A stretch of 64,000 nt of DNA, taken from assembly GCA_951406725.2 (NCBI GenBank), contig OX597826.1, positions 63,860,001-63,924,000 of the forward strand, in the 5' to 3' direction. Both the position numbers and the translations under genes were made by a program. Below, piece after piece: positions 14,001-27,721 of the stretch. Every line of letters begins with the position of its first letter. The first letter of the stretch is position 1. This DNA is from Octopus vulgaris. Lineage: Eukaryota. The notes beneath the pieces are model-generated. The model saw nothing but the letters and a program-made list of their open reading frames with translations, was not told the origin of the DNA and did no database searches.

Positions 14001-17000
14001 TTCAAAATACCTTCATCTTCTATAGCCACTTCAAAAGCATCCCTCACTTTTAGAAGTTCGTTTTTCATGTCTTCTTCTTCTTCTTCCTTGCCAGCATTAG
14101 AAGAGTGGTATTCAAGCAATGCACTTAGCTTAGCTTCACTTTGTTGAGAGAGCAACCGTAAAGCATCCATATGAGCTTGCCCTGAAATATACAATGTACA
14201 ACATACAGAAACTCCAAGACCAGACTAAACAGTCATCATCATCATCATCATACTCATAATCTTCACATCCACTTTTCTATACTTTCATGGATCAGACCAA
14301 GTTTATTAAGGCAGATTTTCTATGACCAGATGCCCCTGCTGTCACCAACTTTTGGCTGATTCCAAGAAAAGTACTATTTCCCTTGACATGTTTCCAGAGA
14401 TGGTTATTTTTTCTGATGAGTTGTAATGTACCTGAGTACTGTATACAATAAGTTCATTATATTATAACACTTGGAAATAAAAAAAAAACATTTATTTACA
14501 ACAATCACACAATGCCAAGTTAAGGAAACACACACACATATATTTATGGACTTCTTTCAGTTTTTGTCAACCAAATCCACCCACATTTTTCAACCTAGGG
14601 CTAAAGTAGAAAACATTTTCCCAAGGTGCCATACAAGTAAACTGAACTCGAGATACTTTGTGGTTGGAAAACAAATGTCTTAACCACAGATATCAATATT
14701 TTTGAGAATAATAAACATTATATTTTACAACAGCCTAAATTTTAACATGACACATTGCAATCAGCATGCAAGAAAAAAATATACCTGAGAAACAGGCTGT
14801 TACTCATTTGCAATCACGTGCATACTTAGCAGCTGCTACCAAATACTACTCCTTAGACCATTACCACAACAGAAAGTGTGTGAGAGTGTGTGTATGTGTG
14901 TGGGTATTCACACACTGTTTACAAATGAAAATGTATTTAATATATGCAGTAAAGTTCATATATTTCGCAACAGCTGATGATTCAAAGAGTTTCTCACGAC
15001 ATGCTGTTGTTCAGGTGACACAGACATAAACAACTGCACCACATAGTAGGGAAACTGAATAACAACAGTGAATCGTCAGCTATTTCTAAATATCTATCTA
15101 TATATATAAAATAAAGGATGTCTGTGTGTGTGTAACACATATGCATTTCTACAGTTTTCAACCAATTTTCACCAGACTTTACACATACATTACTTATGTG
15201 CCATGGATGGTCATGCATTATAACATTTTGCCCAGAGCTCCCATGTAATGCAAGAAACTGACCATCAAAAAAAGGTTTTTACATGGGTTTTTCTCTAAAA
15301 ACTGCAGTTCTCAACCAATTCTCTCCCTTCGACTTCTGCAGTTTTCTCTCCCTTTTCATTGTCTATTTTTTCTCTTTCTTTTTCTCACTTTCACAAATTT
15401 AGATATGTTTCTCTCTCTCTGAAAATTGATTTCAGTGTATTTCAGTTTTGTCATGCGTAAATATCTTTGTCTTCACGCTATTTGTACATTCTCCCTACAA
15501 CATCACTTATTTAAAATTTTTTGCACTCCGTCTATTGGTGTGCTAAACTCAAATTGTTGTTTATGCAAAGCTTTAACATTTACTCCACAAATGTTTTGTC
15601 ATCAATGCTACACTTTCCTGTATCACCTGTTTCAACATGAATGTAATACATATCAGGTCATCCCATAAGTTCTGTCCAATTTTACCTTTTTTAAAATTGA
15701 ATGAATTTAATAGTAATTTAGAATGTCTAATGGATTATTTTTATGCATTTGTGTACATTTAAACTAATTAAATAATATTTTACAGAATAATAGAATTTAA
15801 ATTTCTTTGATTAAAACCCTTTCTAACATGGAAGTATCCAAAGAGCATTTGAGGCACATAATGCTTTATGAGTACAAAAAAAGGAAACTCTGCAGCCGAA
15901 GTGACTCGAAGCATACACTCAGTTTATGGGAAAGAATGCTCGAATGAAAGAACTTGCAGAAGATGGTTTGCAAAATTCAGAAGTAAAGATTTCAGCCTTG
16001 AAGATGAAGATCAAACAGGATGTTAAGTTGAGTTTGATGATAAGCTCCTTGAGGCATTACTTGAAGAAAATCCTGCATTATCAGTTAAAGAATTAGCAAT
16101 AAACCATAGTTCAAACCATACAACTGTTCATCGTCATCTTCAACAACTTGGAAAGGTTCCTAAACTTGGAAAATGGGTGCCTCATGAATTGTCTGAAAGC
16201 AACCACAAATCCCAAGTTGACATATGCTCTTCCCTCCATTCTCATGAACTCATTTCACCCTTTTTGGATAGACTTGTGACTGGTGAAAAAAAATGGATTT
16301 TCTATCGAAACCTTAAACATCGTAAACAGTAGCTTGGTAAAAGGGAAAAAGCTCAACCACAACCGAGAAGGGCACTTCATGGGAAAAAGGTTCTTCTCTC
16401 TATCTGGTGGGATTGCAAAGGAGTAATTCACTTTCAATTGTTACCACCTAATGCAACAATCAATGCTCAAGTCTACTGTCAGCAATTAGAGTGTTTAAAC
16501 CAAGATTTGAAGAAAAAAAAGACCCACTTTAGTGAATTGAAAAGGAGTAATGTTTCATCAGAACAATGCACGACCCCACATTGCAAATATCACATCACAG
16601 AAGATCAAAGAGCTTGGTTGGGAAAAAATTCCTCATCCACCTTATTCTCCTTCAGACTACCATTTGTTTCATAGTTTACAGAATCATTTGGGGGACATAA
16701 CTTTTGCAAGCCAGGAGGAGGTCGAAACTGACATTTCAGAGTTCTTCGCTTTGAAACCAAAAGAGTTTTACATTGATGGGATTAAAAAGCTTGTAAATAG
16801 ATGGAAGGAAGTCATAGATAATCAGGGAAAGTACATTGATGATTAAATTTCAATTAAATATAACATTTGATCACTTGTTTTCTTTATTCAAAATTCAGAC
16901 AGATCTTATGGGATGACCTGATATATACAAACTATGTCATTTTAATCCCGAGCAATGCCAGGTATCTCTGCTAGTATATATATATATAGGTGGGTGGGTG

Positions 17001-20000
17001 CAGATATGGCTGCATATGGAGTGAAGAAGTTTGCTTCACAACTACATGACCCCACATTTGATCTTTTGAATTAATATCTCTACCAGTTCACTATTCACCT
17101 TCAGAAGAAGCAGTAATGCTTTGTTTTGCAATACAGCCCAGAATGAGCAGACCTATCAAAGCTGTTCTACTAGTGACCATCCTGTCCTTTTGCAGGTTAG
17201 GGAAAACATTATCTAGCTCAACAACCCTTTCTTTTTTAAGATGAAATATGATTTGACAGAGATTAGTTACTAGTTATAGCAGATAAAGTAACAGCATAAA
17301 GACTCAGTTGTCAGCTTTGTTTGCTAATACTTAACAAAAGGAAACTTCTGGGAGTGATTCCCAATCCAATAAAGTTAACAAAAAAAAACATGACATAGGA
17401 TAGAACAATCATTATAAGTGTAATATAATCAATGAAAAATATTTAGAAACCTTGGTAATCTTCAAACAAAGCTCCAAAATCAAACTTCAATGCTTCGGTA
17501 GTTTCTTGAGCAATTTTTTCCTCCATTTCTGATTTCTCTTTAGCTTCCTTCAGCAGATCAGCAAGCTGTGGTGAATCACCTCTCTCAAATAACATTTTGG
17601 TTTTATCCCTGATTCCTACTGGGTCATGTTCATTGATTGCATCAAATGTTTTCCTCCCTAAACTTTCTAACACATCAAGGCTTCCTGTAACAATGTTTTT
17701 ACTCTGGAACAACAAAACAAACAGCCAATAAGAGTTTTAAAAAGTACACGAAGCAAAGCAACTTGAGTATCCTAAATGTGATTTAATCTTTTTCACACAA
17801 ACCCTTCCAAGACACCCTACTGTTTCCATGTTACTAATCTGCTCATATTTAGATATTAGAATTTAGATTGCATTCACAAAAATAATTTTATTATTTTGTC
17901 TTTGTATTTGGTTTTGTATTCTTGATGTGAACTCATGTTGAAACAGATTTTGTCATATCTTGGATCATCATAATGACAATAATAAACACAAACACTGGTT
18001 CTATTTCAATTCTTTATCTTTTTTTTTTTGTATTTGTCAACTGATTAACCATTTAACCAATTAACTAAATAACTGTTTGATTACTTGTTCAATTAATCAA
18101 ATGCAAGATTTCAGTAGGTAAAATTTCCATGATAAATTTATGTAAGAACATTTCATTCTTCTTAGATGTGTAGACTGTATTCCAAACAGTCTACACAAGC
18201 AACTAAAACATCATGTAAAGATGCATTTAAAGCATCAAAGTTACCACAAATACTAAATGTCACAAACCCTGATGTCTAACAACAACCTCCATATATATAT
18301 CAATGCCATAACTAAATCCAAAAGCCCCAATCAGTTGATGACCATCCACAAAACTCAAAACCTATACTGGAATACTATTTACATATATGGACCAGTGCTG
18401 CTGCTAGAGTACATACAACCACCCTAGACTTTAAAAGAAGATAGATTGATTGATAAAGACTCACTCACAACCCTAACAACCACAATTTCACAAATATGCT
18501 ATTTCTTCTCTCTTCCTCATGTATAGTTCCTGCATCAGTCATTCAACTAGCTGGTTTCACATTTTCTTCCACCCAGGCCCACCCAATATAACTGTCTCCC
18601 CTCTTGTTACACCTACCATGTCCTTACATCCAACCACCACCACCAGATCCCACATTAAACTCTTAATCCTTCCCCTGCAGACCTTGATCCCTCTAGAGTT
18701 CCCTTCCTAACTACATCAACCAATAGTTTGACCCTCAGCTACACTAGTCTCAGTCAGAAGGGCCTGTGCAAGTCATAGATACAGACTAACCCTTATAAAG
18801 AAAGCAAAAACACTTTTCTCTTTGAATGACAATGGAGGAAACTAATAAAATCAAGTTCTCCTATTGAGATTTTACAATGAGCTACTTTGCTAAATGAATA
18901 CAATTTTTCGCTTACCTTTTCTTGAACTGCCCCAGTAATCTTGGACACTCCCCAACCAGACAGCCAACCACCGATACCATGATTCTCTGATTTTGACCCT
19001 TCTCCTTCCTCACCTTCTCTAACATCAGGGTGTTCTTCAGGAGGCAAAGTTTCGGTTTTGTCTTCTGGTTTCTTTCCTGTTCACAAATATGAAACAAATG
19101 AAACAAACAAAATTACAAAATTTACCAAAAAAACCAAAACAAGTGACATTATTTAATGAACAGAAAGTACAAACTAAGTACAAAGAAAAGCAAAAACATA
19201 TATTTATATAAATTATATGCAAAATACATAAATTTATAATAAAATTAATATATCTTTATCTTTTACTTGATTCAGTCATTGGATTGTGTCATGCTGGGGC
19301 ATATCCTTGAAGGGTTTAGTAGAGCAAATTGACCTGAGTACTTAGTTTTTAAGTTTGATAGTCATTCTATCGGTCTCGTTTACTAAACCACTAAGTTATG
19401 GAGGACATAAACAAACCAGCACTGGTAGACAAGCAATGGAGTGGACAAACACAGACTCATATACACAAACACAGACTCATATGTATATATACATATATGA
19501 TGACAGTCTCTGTCTACCAAATTTACTCATAAAGCACAAGTCAGCCCGGGGCTTTAAAAGAAGACATTTGCTCAAGGTGCTGTACAGTGGAATTGAACCC
19601 AAAACTACATGGTTGCAAAGCGAGATTCTTAACAACACAGCTATGCCTGCACCTATACCCACATACCCATTCATTTTATGGGAAAAAATATATATAATGA
19701 TGACTAGATAGGGATATATATATCCAGATGGGAATCATGCGAGCACTGGTAACTGCATCGACTAGTAAAGAGCACTTAAGATTACTTATGGTGAGTAATC
19801 CCACTATAATTCATCTGATGAGTTAATTCTGGGTTCCCTTCACAGGATTATAAATATTTTGGGGATTTACACACACACACACACACACATACATATATAT
19901 CCTGATTTCATAGACTCGTTATTTATAAATCTAAATTTTTTTTCTGATATTTAAATAGCTACATATATAAATTTTTAAAAGTTATTTAGTTTACATGTCC

Positions 20001-20721
20001 CAAAATACAAGTAGTTTCACAAACATCAAATCTGATATTCAACTTGGAAGGATCTTATAAGCATTAGTTTAGACTATTCAGCATCCACATAAATGGTGTA
20101 ATTATATTTTATAAAAATCATGAAGTTACCAAAACAAGACTTCCTCTCTGAAATCTTTTCTTCTCTAATTGACTATAATTTATACTTTTGTCTCTCAAAG
20201 ATAATGATGGTTTCAAATTTTGACACAAGGCCAGCAAATTTGGACGAGGAAGATAAGTCGATTACATTGACCCCAAAATTCAGCTGGCACTTATTTTATT
20301 GACCCCTTGAAAGGATAAAAGGAAAAGTTGACCTTGGCAAAATTTGAACTCAGAATGAAAAAATGGATGAAATGCTGCTAAGCCTTTTATTTGGCATGCT
20401 AACAATTCTGCCAGCTTGCCACCCTCTGTCAGCTTGCTATCCTTTGTCAGCTTGCCACCCTCTGCTAATTGGCCACCAATAATATCTGGCAATACTACTC
20501 CAGATATTTTTATCTTTTACCTTTTACTTGTTTCAGTCATTAGATTAGTCATGTTGGAGAATTGCTTTGAAGGGATTGCTTGAACAAATTAATCCCATAC
20601 TTATATTTTAAGTCTGGTGCTTATTCTGTTAGTCTCTTTTTCCAAACTGCTAAGTTACAAACACATAAACAAACCAACAATGGTTGTCAAGCAATAGTTG
20701 GGGAACAAACAAAAATACACA

Positions 20722-20753
<32 letters not shown>

Positions 20754-23445
20754 CACACATATATATATTGTATAAAGGATCGTGGGTATATATATATACA
20801 CACACACACACACAACAGGTTTCCCTACAGTTTCCATCTACTAAATTCACTCACAAGGCACTTGTCTGACTAGGGCTATAGCAGAGGACACTTAACCAAG
20901 GTGCAGCACAGCAGGACTGAACCCAAAACGACATGATTGCAAATCAAGGTTCTTGACCAGACAACAGAATACTACCCTCATTGTTTGTTTTTTTTAACAA
21001 TTCAGTCTAAGGAGGAAGAGCAGTGACTGTGACCCTTGAGACCTGGTCTGAAAGCAGCATCAGAGTGGACACAGTTAAAGGCACCCCAAGTGTACACCTT
21101 TGTTTGCTCTTCAAGTACAAGCAGAACTAAGAAGATTCTTTTGGAATTCTCAGCTATAGTCTCTTGCTTGAAGAAACCTGGCAGACACCAGTATCAGTCG
21201 ATTAAATCAACCGTAGTACTACTGTGGCACCTTATGTTATCAACCATGGACTGAAGAAGGGAAAATTCATCCTCAGTGCAATTTGAACTTAGAATGTAAA
21301 GGGTAATAACTAAGTACTGCCCACCCACTTCTAAATTAGTCAGAAGTGATTGGATGCAGCTGTTTTGATGCTGACAATTTGATACAGTGGACTGGAGGTT
21401 CAATCTGCTTTGGTGACAGTACTTTTTAGCATTGGAGACATGCACACAGAAATATACAGATAGAGTGAGAGAGAGACATCATCATCATCGTTTAACGTCC
21501 GTTCTCCATGCTAGCATGGGTTGGACGGTTCAACCGGGGATCTAGGAAGCCAGAAGGCTGCACCAGGCTCCAATCTAATCTGGCAGTGTTTCTACAGCTG
21601 GAAGCCCTTCCTAACGCCAACCACTCCATGAGTGTAGTGGGTGCATTTTACGTGCCACCGGCACGGAAGCCAGTCAACGTAGCACTGGCATCGGCCACGA
21701 TTCGGATGGTGCTTTTTACGTGCCACCGGCACGGAAGCCAGTCGAGGCAAAATTTATTAATTGAACACGATTGGCAAACACTTTTCCTCTCCTCATATGC
21801 ATAAAGAGAAATATGCTCACACACATAAAGAGGGAGAGAGACAGACAGATAGAGAGGAAGAGAATGAGAGAAATCTAAAAACGTTTGATGTTAAATAAGC
21901 AAGCATCAAATCAGCAATACCAAATAAGTGGTGTCAATATGGTTGTACCAATACATCTCATACCCAAAATTAGTGTGGGCTGCTTCGTAAACGCATTACA
22001 AAGGTTATGATACAGTTTGAACAATGATATTGAGCATTTAACTTATTAATTTTTGCTGGTGTCTGGAAGACAATGTAAGAACTCTAGAGCTGAAGGTTAG
22101 ATGCATCTGTTGAGGAACTGAGGCAGTCAGGGCAATGGAAGAACCATTCTAATATAACTGGATGTGTTTTCTGAGAAAGTCATTCAGCAGAGGAAATTAG
22201 AGCCAAACCAACAAACAGTGAGAGAGAGAGAGAGACTTACGAGAGAGACAGGGAAAGACAGTATAGAGATAAACAGACACACAATTAGATAGTGAGAGGC
22301 AGAAAGACAGGCAGAAATAGAGATAGACATACATACAGACAGACATAAAGAGAGAAAAATAGATAGTCAAAAAGAAAGTGATTGAAAAAGACAAAGAAAT
22401 TACAAAAATTATAGCAATAATTACTTCTAATGATTTATCGCTCTCCTACCATTTCTTTCCTTACCTTCTTTCTCTTTTGCTTCAGGTAGATTTTCCATTT
22501 CTTTTGCTTCTTTGGCCATTTCTTCAGGTGAAGGTACACTAGTCAAACCAGTCTCCACAGTATCGATAATGGTATTAACACCATCACCTGAAAGTAAAGT
22601 CACTCTTTGTATTATATATTCACAATGTATGGAAGGCTAGCAGTGCCTAAATCACAAAGTATGGAAAGCTAGCAGTGCCAAAATCAGAAAGTATGGAGAG
22701 CTAGCAGTGCCAAAATCACAAAGTATGGAGAGCTAGCAGTGCCAAAATCACAAAGTATGGAAAGCTAGCAGTGCCAAAACCACAAAGTATGGAAAGCTAG
22801 CAGTGCCAAAATCACAAAGTATGGAAAGCTAGCAATGCCAAAATCACAAAGTATGGAAAGCTAGCAATGCCAAAGATTTATGTGGATGCTTATGGTATCT
22901 GATATGGATAGAATAGGCCACACAAATACAACTTTAACTCTTGAACATTCAGATTTCTTTGTCAAATGTAAACCTTATTTATTCACATTGTTTTGAATTA
23001 ATCATGCATTATCTCATTGCTTCACAATTTCTATGATGTGGTTGTTTATTTTTAGAATGACCTTGTAGGGTAGGTGTGAGACATTGGATCTGCTCAGTTT
23101 TAACATAAAACCAGGAGAATATCTGGACCAGAAATGGCTGGATTAAATGCTAGAGTTAAGCCCACTTTCACTATCAAAGCAGGGATTAGCCTAGGGGTCT
23201 CATGACTAAATGTTTTAGGGGACTATCTATCTTTTATCCTTTTCTTGTTTCAGTCATTGCAATGGCAAGGAGCAAGTGCTGTAATGCATTAAGTAAAACA
23301 AGTCGAAGAGACTCAGGTTATATTTTTCATCATTTCTATTTTACTTAATCCATTAATGCTCTTGAGAAAGACAGAAACATGATTACACATTCATAGTTAC
23401 CTCTGATCACTATATTTCAATTAATTGAATATGTCTATTATATAA

Positions 23446-23482
<37 letters not shown>

Positions 23483-23679
23483 TTAATGTACACAGGATGA
23501 AGATACAAGCTACTAAGTTTCTTGCTTTGAAGACAGGAGTCTAGGTGGGTTTTCATAACACACCTAGTGTCTCCAAGCAATCTTTAGACTGAGCACATGA
23601 TTTATTCAAATTGAAAATCAGGACACTAGTACAAGGAAGATGACAAGCAAAAACAAGAAGGTAGATGCAAAAAGAAATT

Positions 23680-23732
<53 letters not shown>

Positions 23733-23822
23733 ATTTAGGAATGGTCATTTTGCCAGTTTAGCCAATATCTGTTTCAACACACGGTTTCACATCAAAAATC
23801 TTGCAAGACAAATATATAAACG

Positions 23823-23861
<39 letters not shown>

Positions 23862-24122
23862 TCATCATCGTTTAACGTTTGCTTTCCATGCTAGCATGGG
23901 TTGGACGGTTCAACTGGGGTCTGGGAAGCCCGAAGGCTGCACCAGGCCAGTCAGATCTGGCAGTGTTTCTACAGCTGGATGCCCTTCCTAACGCCAACCA
24001 CTCCGTGAGTGTAGTGAGTGCATTTTATGTGCCACCGACACAGGTGCCAGACGAGGCTGGTGAACAGCCACGATCGGATGGTCTTTGTTACGTATATATG
24101 TGTGTGTGTGTATGCATGTATG

Positions 24123-24215
<93 letters not shown>

Positions 24216-24222
24216 GTGTATG

Positions 24223-24254
<32 letters not shown>

Positions 24255-27200
24255 TGTATGCATATAATCATGTTCCATGCTTGCATGGGTTGGACAAAAA
24301 TGTTTTTCAGTGCCTACTGGAATCATAATCCAGACACACCATAAATTGTGCAGACATGCTAAACACTAAGGCAATTGTCATTTTATTCATTCTTTCACTC
24401 ATTCATCCATTCATCCATCCATCCATACATACATACATGTTTTGTGCGTGTGTGTGTGTAATTGCACACACAATTACGGAGAAAGAGAGTGAGATTTGGT
24501 AAAGTGTAATGCATAAATGAAAATCAGAAGAATTCCTTTTTTTCTTTGTTGCAGATTGCAGAAGAGATGGAAAAAGAAAGAAAAATGTTTCAGTTACAAG
24601 CATGTGAAGTAAGTATCTTTAATGACAGGACGGGCATCTGACTGTAAAGAAATGCTTTAGTAATATTTATTCGTCTGACCTTTACTACCACTGCAAAATA
24701 GACAATATAATGAACAAAATATCAGAATGAAAACTGTATTTTTACCATTCAGCTGGTCATTATATTTCTTGACCATCCAACACTGACATCAACAGATCAG
24801 CTGTCGTCTATTATAATGACCATCACTACTGGCATTTCAAGTTTACCAGGTCACTATGTAACTGACCACTAATAACTGATATCTACTTATTGCTAATGTA
24901 TATGTAATAAATCCTTAAAGAGAGAGCCCCAGGATGACCACAGTCCATTGACTGAAACAAGAAAAGGATAAAAGATAGATAGTCCCCTAAAACATTTAGT
25001 CATGGGACCCCTAGGCTAATCCCTGCTTTGATAGTGAAAGTGGGCTTAACTCTAGCATTTAATCCAGCTATTTCTGGTCCAGATATTCTCCTGGTTTTAT
25101 GTTAAAACTGAGCAGATCCAATGTCTCACACCTACCCTACAAGGTCATTCTAAAAATAAACAACCACATCATAGAAATTGTGAAGCTATGAGAAAATGCA
25201 TGATTAATTCAAAACAATGTGAATAAATAAGGTTTACATTTGACAAAGAAATCTGAATGTTCAAGAGTTAAAGTTGTATTTGTGTGGCCTATTCTATCCA
25301 TATCAGATACCATAAGCATCCACATAAATCTTTGGCATTGCTAGCTTTCCATACTTTGTGATTTTGGCATTGCTAGCTTTCCATACTTTGTGATTTTGGC
25401 ACTGCTAGCTTTCCATACTTTGTGATTTTGGCACTGCTAGCTTTCCATACTTTGTGATTTAGGCACTGCTAGCTCTCCATACTTTGTGATTTTGGCATTG
25501 CTAGCTTTCCATACTTTGTGATTTTGGCATTGCTAGTTTTCCATACTTTCTGTTAGTCTCTCATTTGCAAACTTAAATCTTAAATATACATTAACTATAT
25601 GAAGATATGATCTACTGGTGGTCAGTAATGTAGTGACTTTTTTTTTAAAAAGACCGTTATTTTAGCAGATGAACGTTTAAAGTTGTCTAATTTCTTCTTC
25701 TGTTTGTTCGCAGTATCTAATAAAAGTCAATGAAATCCGCACAAAGAAAGGAGTCGATCTACTACAACATATATATATATATGTATATATAATTATATCA
25801 AATGGTGCAGATACACCTCACCAACACGCTAGAAACAGATGCCAAATGGATCTGTGGTTTTATCCCTAATTTTGTGTGTGTGTATGTGTATATGTATATA
25901 TATATATATATATAACAATTTAGCTAGACGTTAAATAACCACCTAAGGGATATTAAATATCTGAAGAATTTACTGGGTTTTTTTTACCTATATCAATAAC
26001 AATTATATTTAAACGATATTTTATTATCGAGGAAAAACTTGGTTTTATAAATTAAGTGGAAACAGGTGTAATTTATGAGATGTGTCATTTGTTTGTATAA
26101 AATAATTCAAGTGAATTGAATTTATCATCTAATGAGTAAATTATTTAATTGTTTAATTCATTGTTTTGGTTTCCATTTCTAATTTATATATATATATATA
26201 CTTTTACTTGTTTCAGTGATTTAACTGTGGCCATGCTGGAGCAGCACCTTAAAGCGTTTTAGTTGAACAAATTGACCCCAGGACTTATTCTTTGTAAGCC
26301 TAGTACTTACTTTATTGGTCTCTTTTGCTAGACCACTAAGTTACAGGGACATAAACGCACCAACATTGGTTGTCAAGCGATGGTGGGTGTACAAACAGAC
26401 ACAAACACACAAATATACATATATATATATATATATGGGCTTCTTTCAGTTTCCGTCAACCAAATCCATTCACAAGGCTTTGGTTGGCCCTAGGCTATAG
26501 CAGAAGACATCTACCCAAGGTGCCACGCAGTGGGACTGAACCCAGAACCATGTGGTTGGGAAGCAGGCTTCTTACCACATAGCCATACTTGCACCTATAT
26601 ATATATATATATATAGATGAGATTTCTTCCATCCATGGAAAAGTTACAAGTATGTTGTTATAAGGGGGTGGTAGATTTTGTTGAAAGAGATGAAGGAGAG
26701 AAAAAAAGAAAGAATCAGAAAAAAATGAAAAAAAATAAGAGAAATAAACAAGAAAGAAAGAGAGAGATAAGGAGGAGAGAGAGAGCATGTACATGATGTA
26801 AGTCTTGGTTGAAACACTTACCTATCTGAGACGTAAATGTGGAAACAGATGAAGCTGCTGCCCCAATGAAAGATGATCCCCAGCTTCCCCATCCCCAGCT
26901 TGATGTCTAAAAGCAGAAGAAATGAAAATAAAAAAAACAATATATATACATCCACCTACACCCACTATATACAACATACATACATATATACATACAAAAC
27001 TGTGTTACAGAAAGCAATGTACTTGAAAAATAAAATATATATATATATATATATTTAGTCTGAAGAAAATGAGATGACAAAGATATAAGCAATTATCTTA
27101 TGAACCTCATTAGCTTACAGCTGTTTCTGTTACAATAATCTTGATATTTTGGGTAAAATACCCCTTTTCAAAGGTATTAGCAGAACACTTTTGAAAATGA

Positions 27201-27667
27201 TGAATTAGCAGAGTCATTACAGCATTGGATGGGTTGCCTTGTGGTATTTGTTGACTTTTTGTGCTCTCAGTTCAAATCCTACTGAGATTAACATTGCATT
27301 TCTTCCTTTCAGAGTCAATTAAAAGCACCATTGCAGAGTGGTGGATTAGTAGCACTGTTAGAATCAGGCAAAATGTCTTATGGTTTCTTTTCAATAAAGT
27401 TGTGTTCTAACAGCAACATCTGTGATGACACCGGTGCCAAACTGTACCAGCCCATGTTGGCAGTCTTTCCTATGGATAAAAATCGGTATCATGGAGAGAA
27501 AACTTGTCTTCATGGGCAACTGTTCGTCTTCTTCAAAAGAATGCTGCCCAGGCCTGTATATACATGTTCAGATTACATGGCCAACTGTGATTAATGGAGA
27601 CCCCCTTAGAGAACAAGAGAGAGAAGGAAATATGTCCATTAGATAAACAAACGCAATTTGTGTATGA

Positions 27668-27721
<54 letters not shown>

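Larger units (their letters stand above)
15097..16974 (+). mobile_element. Non-autonomous Helitron-like element hosting the mariner
   Basis: A|TCTATATATATAAAA 5' end followed by a (TG)n tract; 3' end CCCGAGCAATGCCAGGTATCTCTGCTAG|T (subterminal hairpin plus CTAG); A|T insertion site. Confidence 0.7.
22621..25552. repeat. Long inverted duplication: arms 22621-23256 and 24949-25552, ~1.7-kb spacer
   Basis: The arms are reverse complements; only 4 substitutions were seen by eye in the ~380-bp non-minisatellite part. Confidence 0.95.

Noticed and set aside
19805-19870. CTGATGA followed by a TAATTCTG/CAGGATTA stem
   Set aside because: No GAAA core or stem III, so it cannot be called a ribozyme.
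22621-22875. 32-bp repeat array resembling a CRISPR
   Set aside because: Units are head-to-tail with no unique spacers, no cas genes are present, and the context is a eukaryotic intron; it is a minisatellite.
23665-24344. Cluster of 100-150 aa ORFs (YIYI/VCVC/HTHT)
   Set aside because: Translations of microsatellites and RTE 3'UTR; the same applies to most ORFs in the track.
25950-26080. CTGAAGA...GAAACAGGTGTA hammerhead-like spacing in a (TA)n-flanked insert
   Set aside because: Stems I-III do not pair convincingly; at best a dead remnant.
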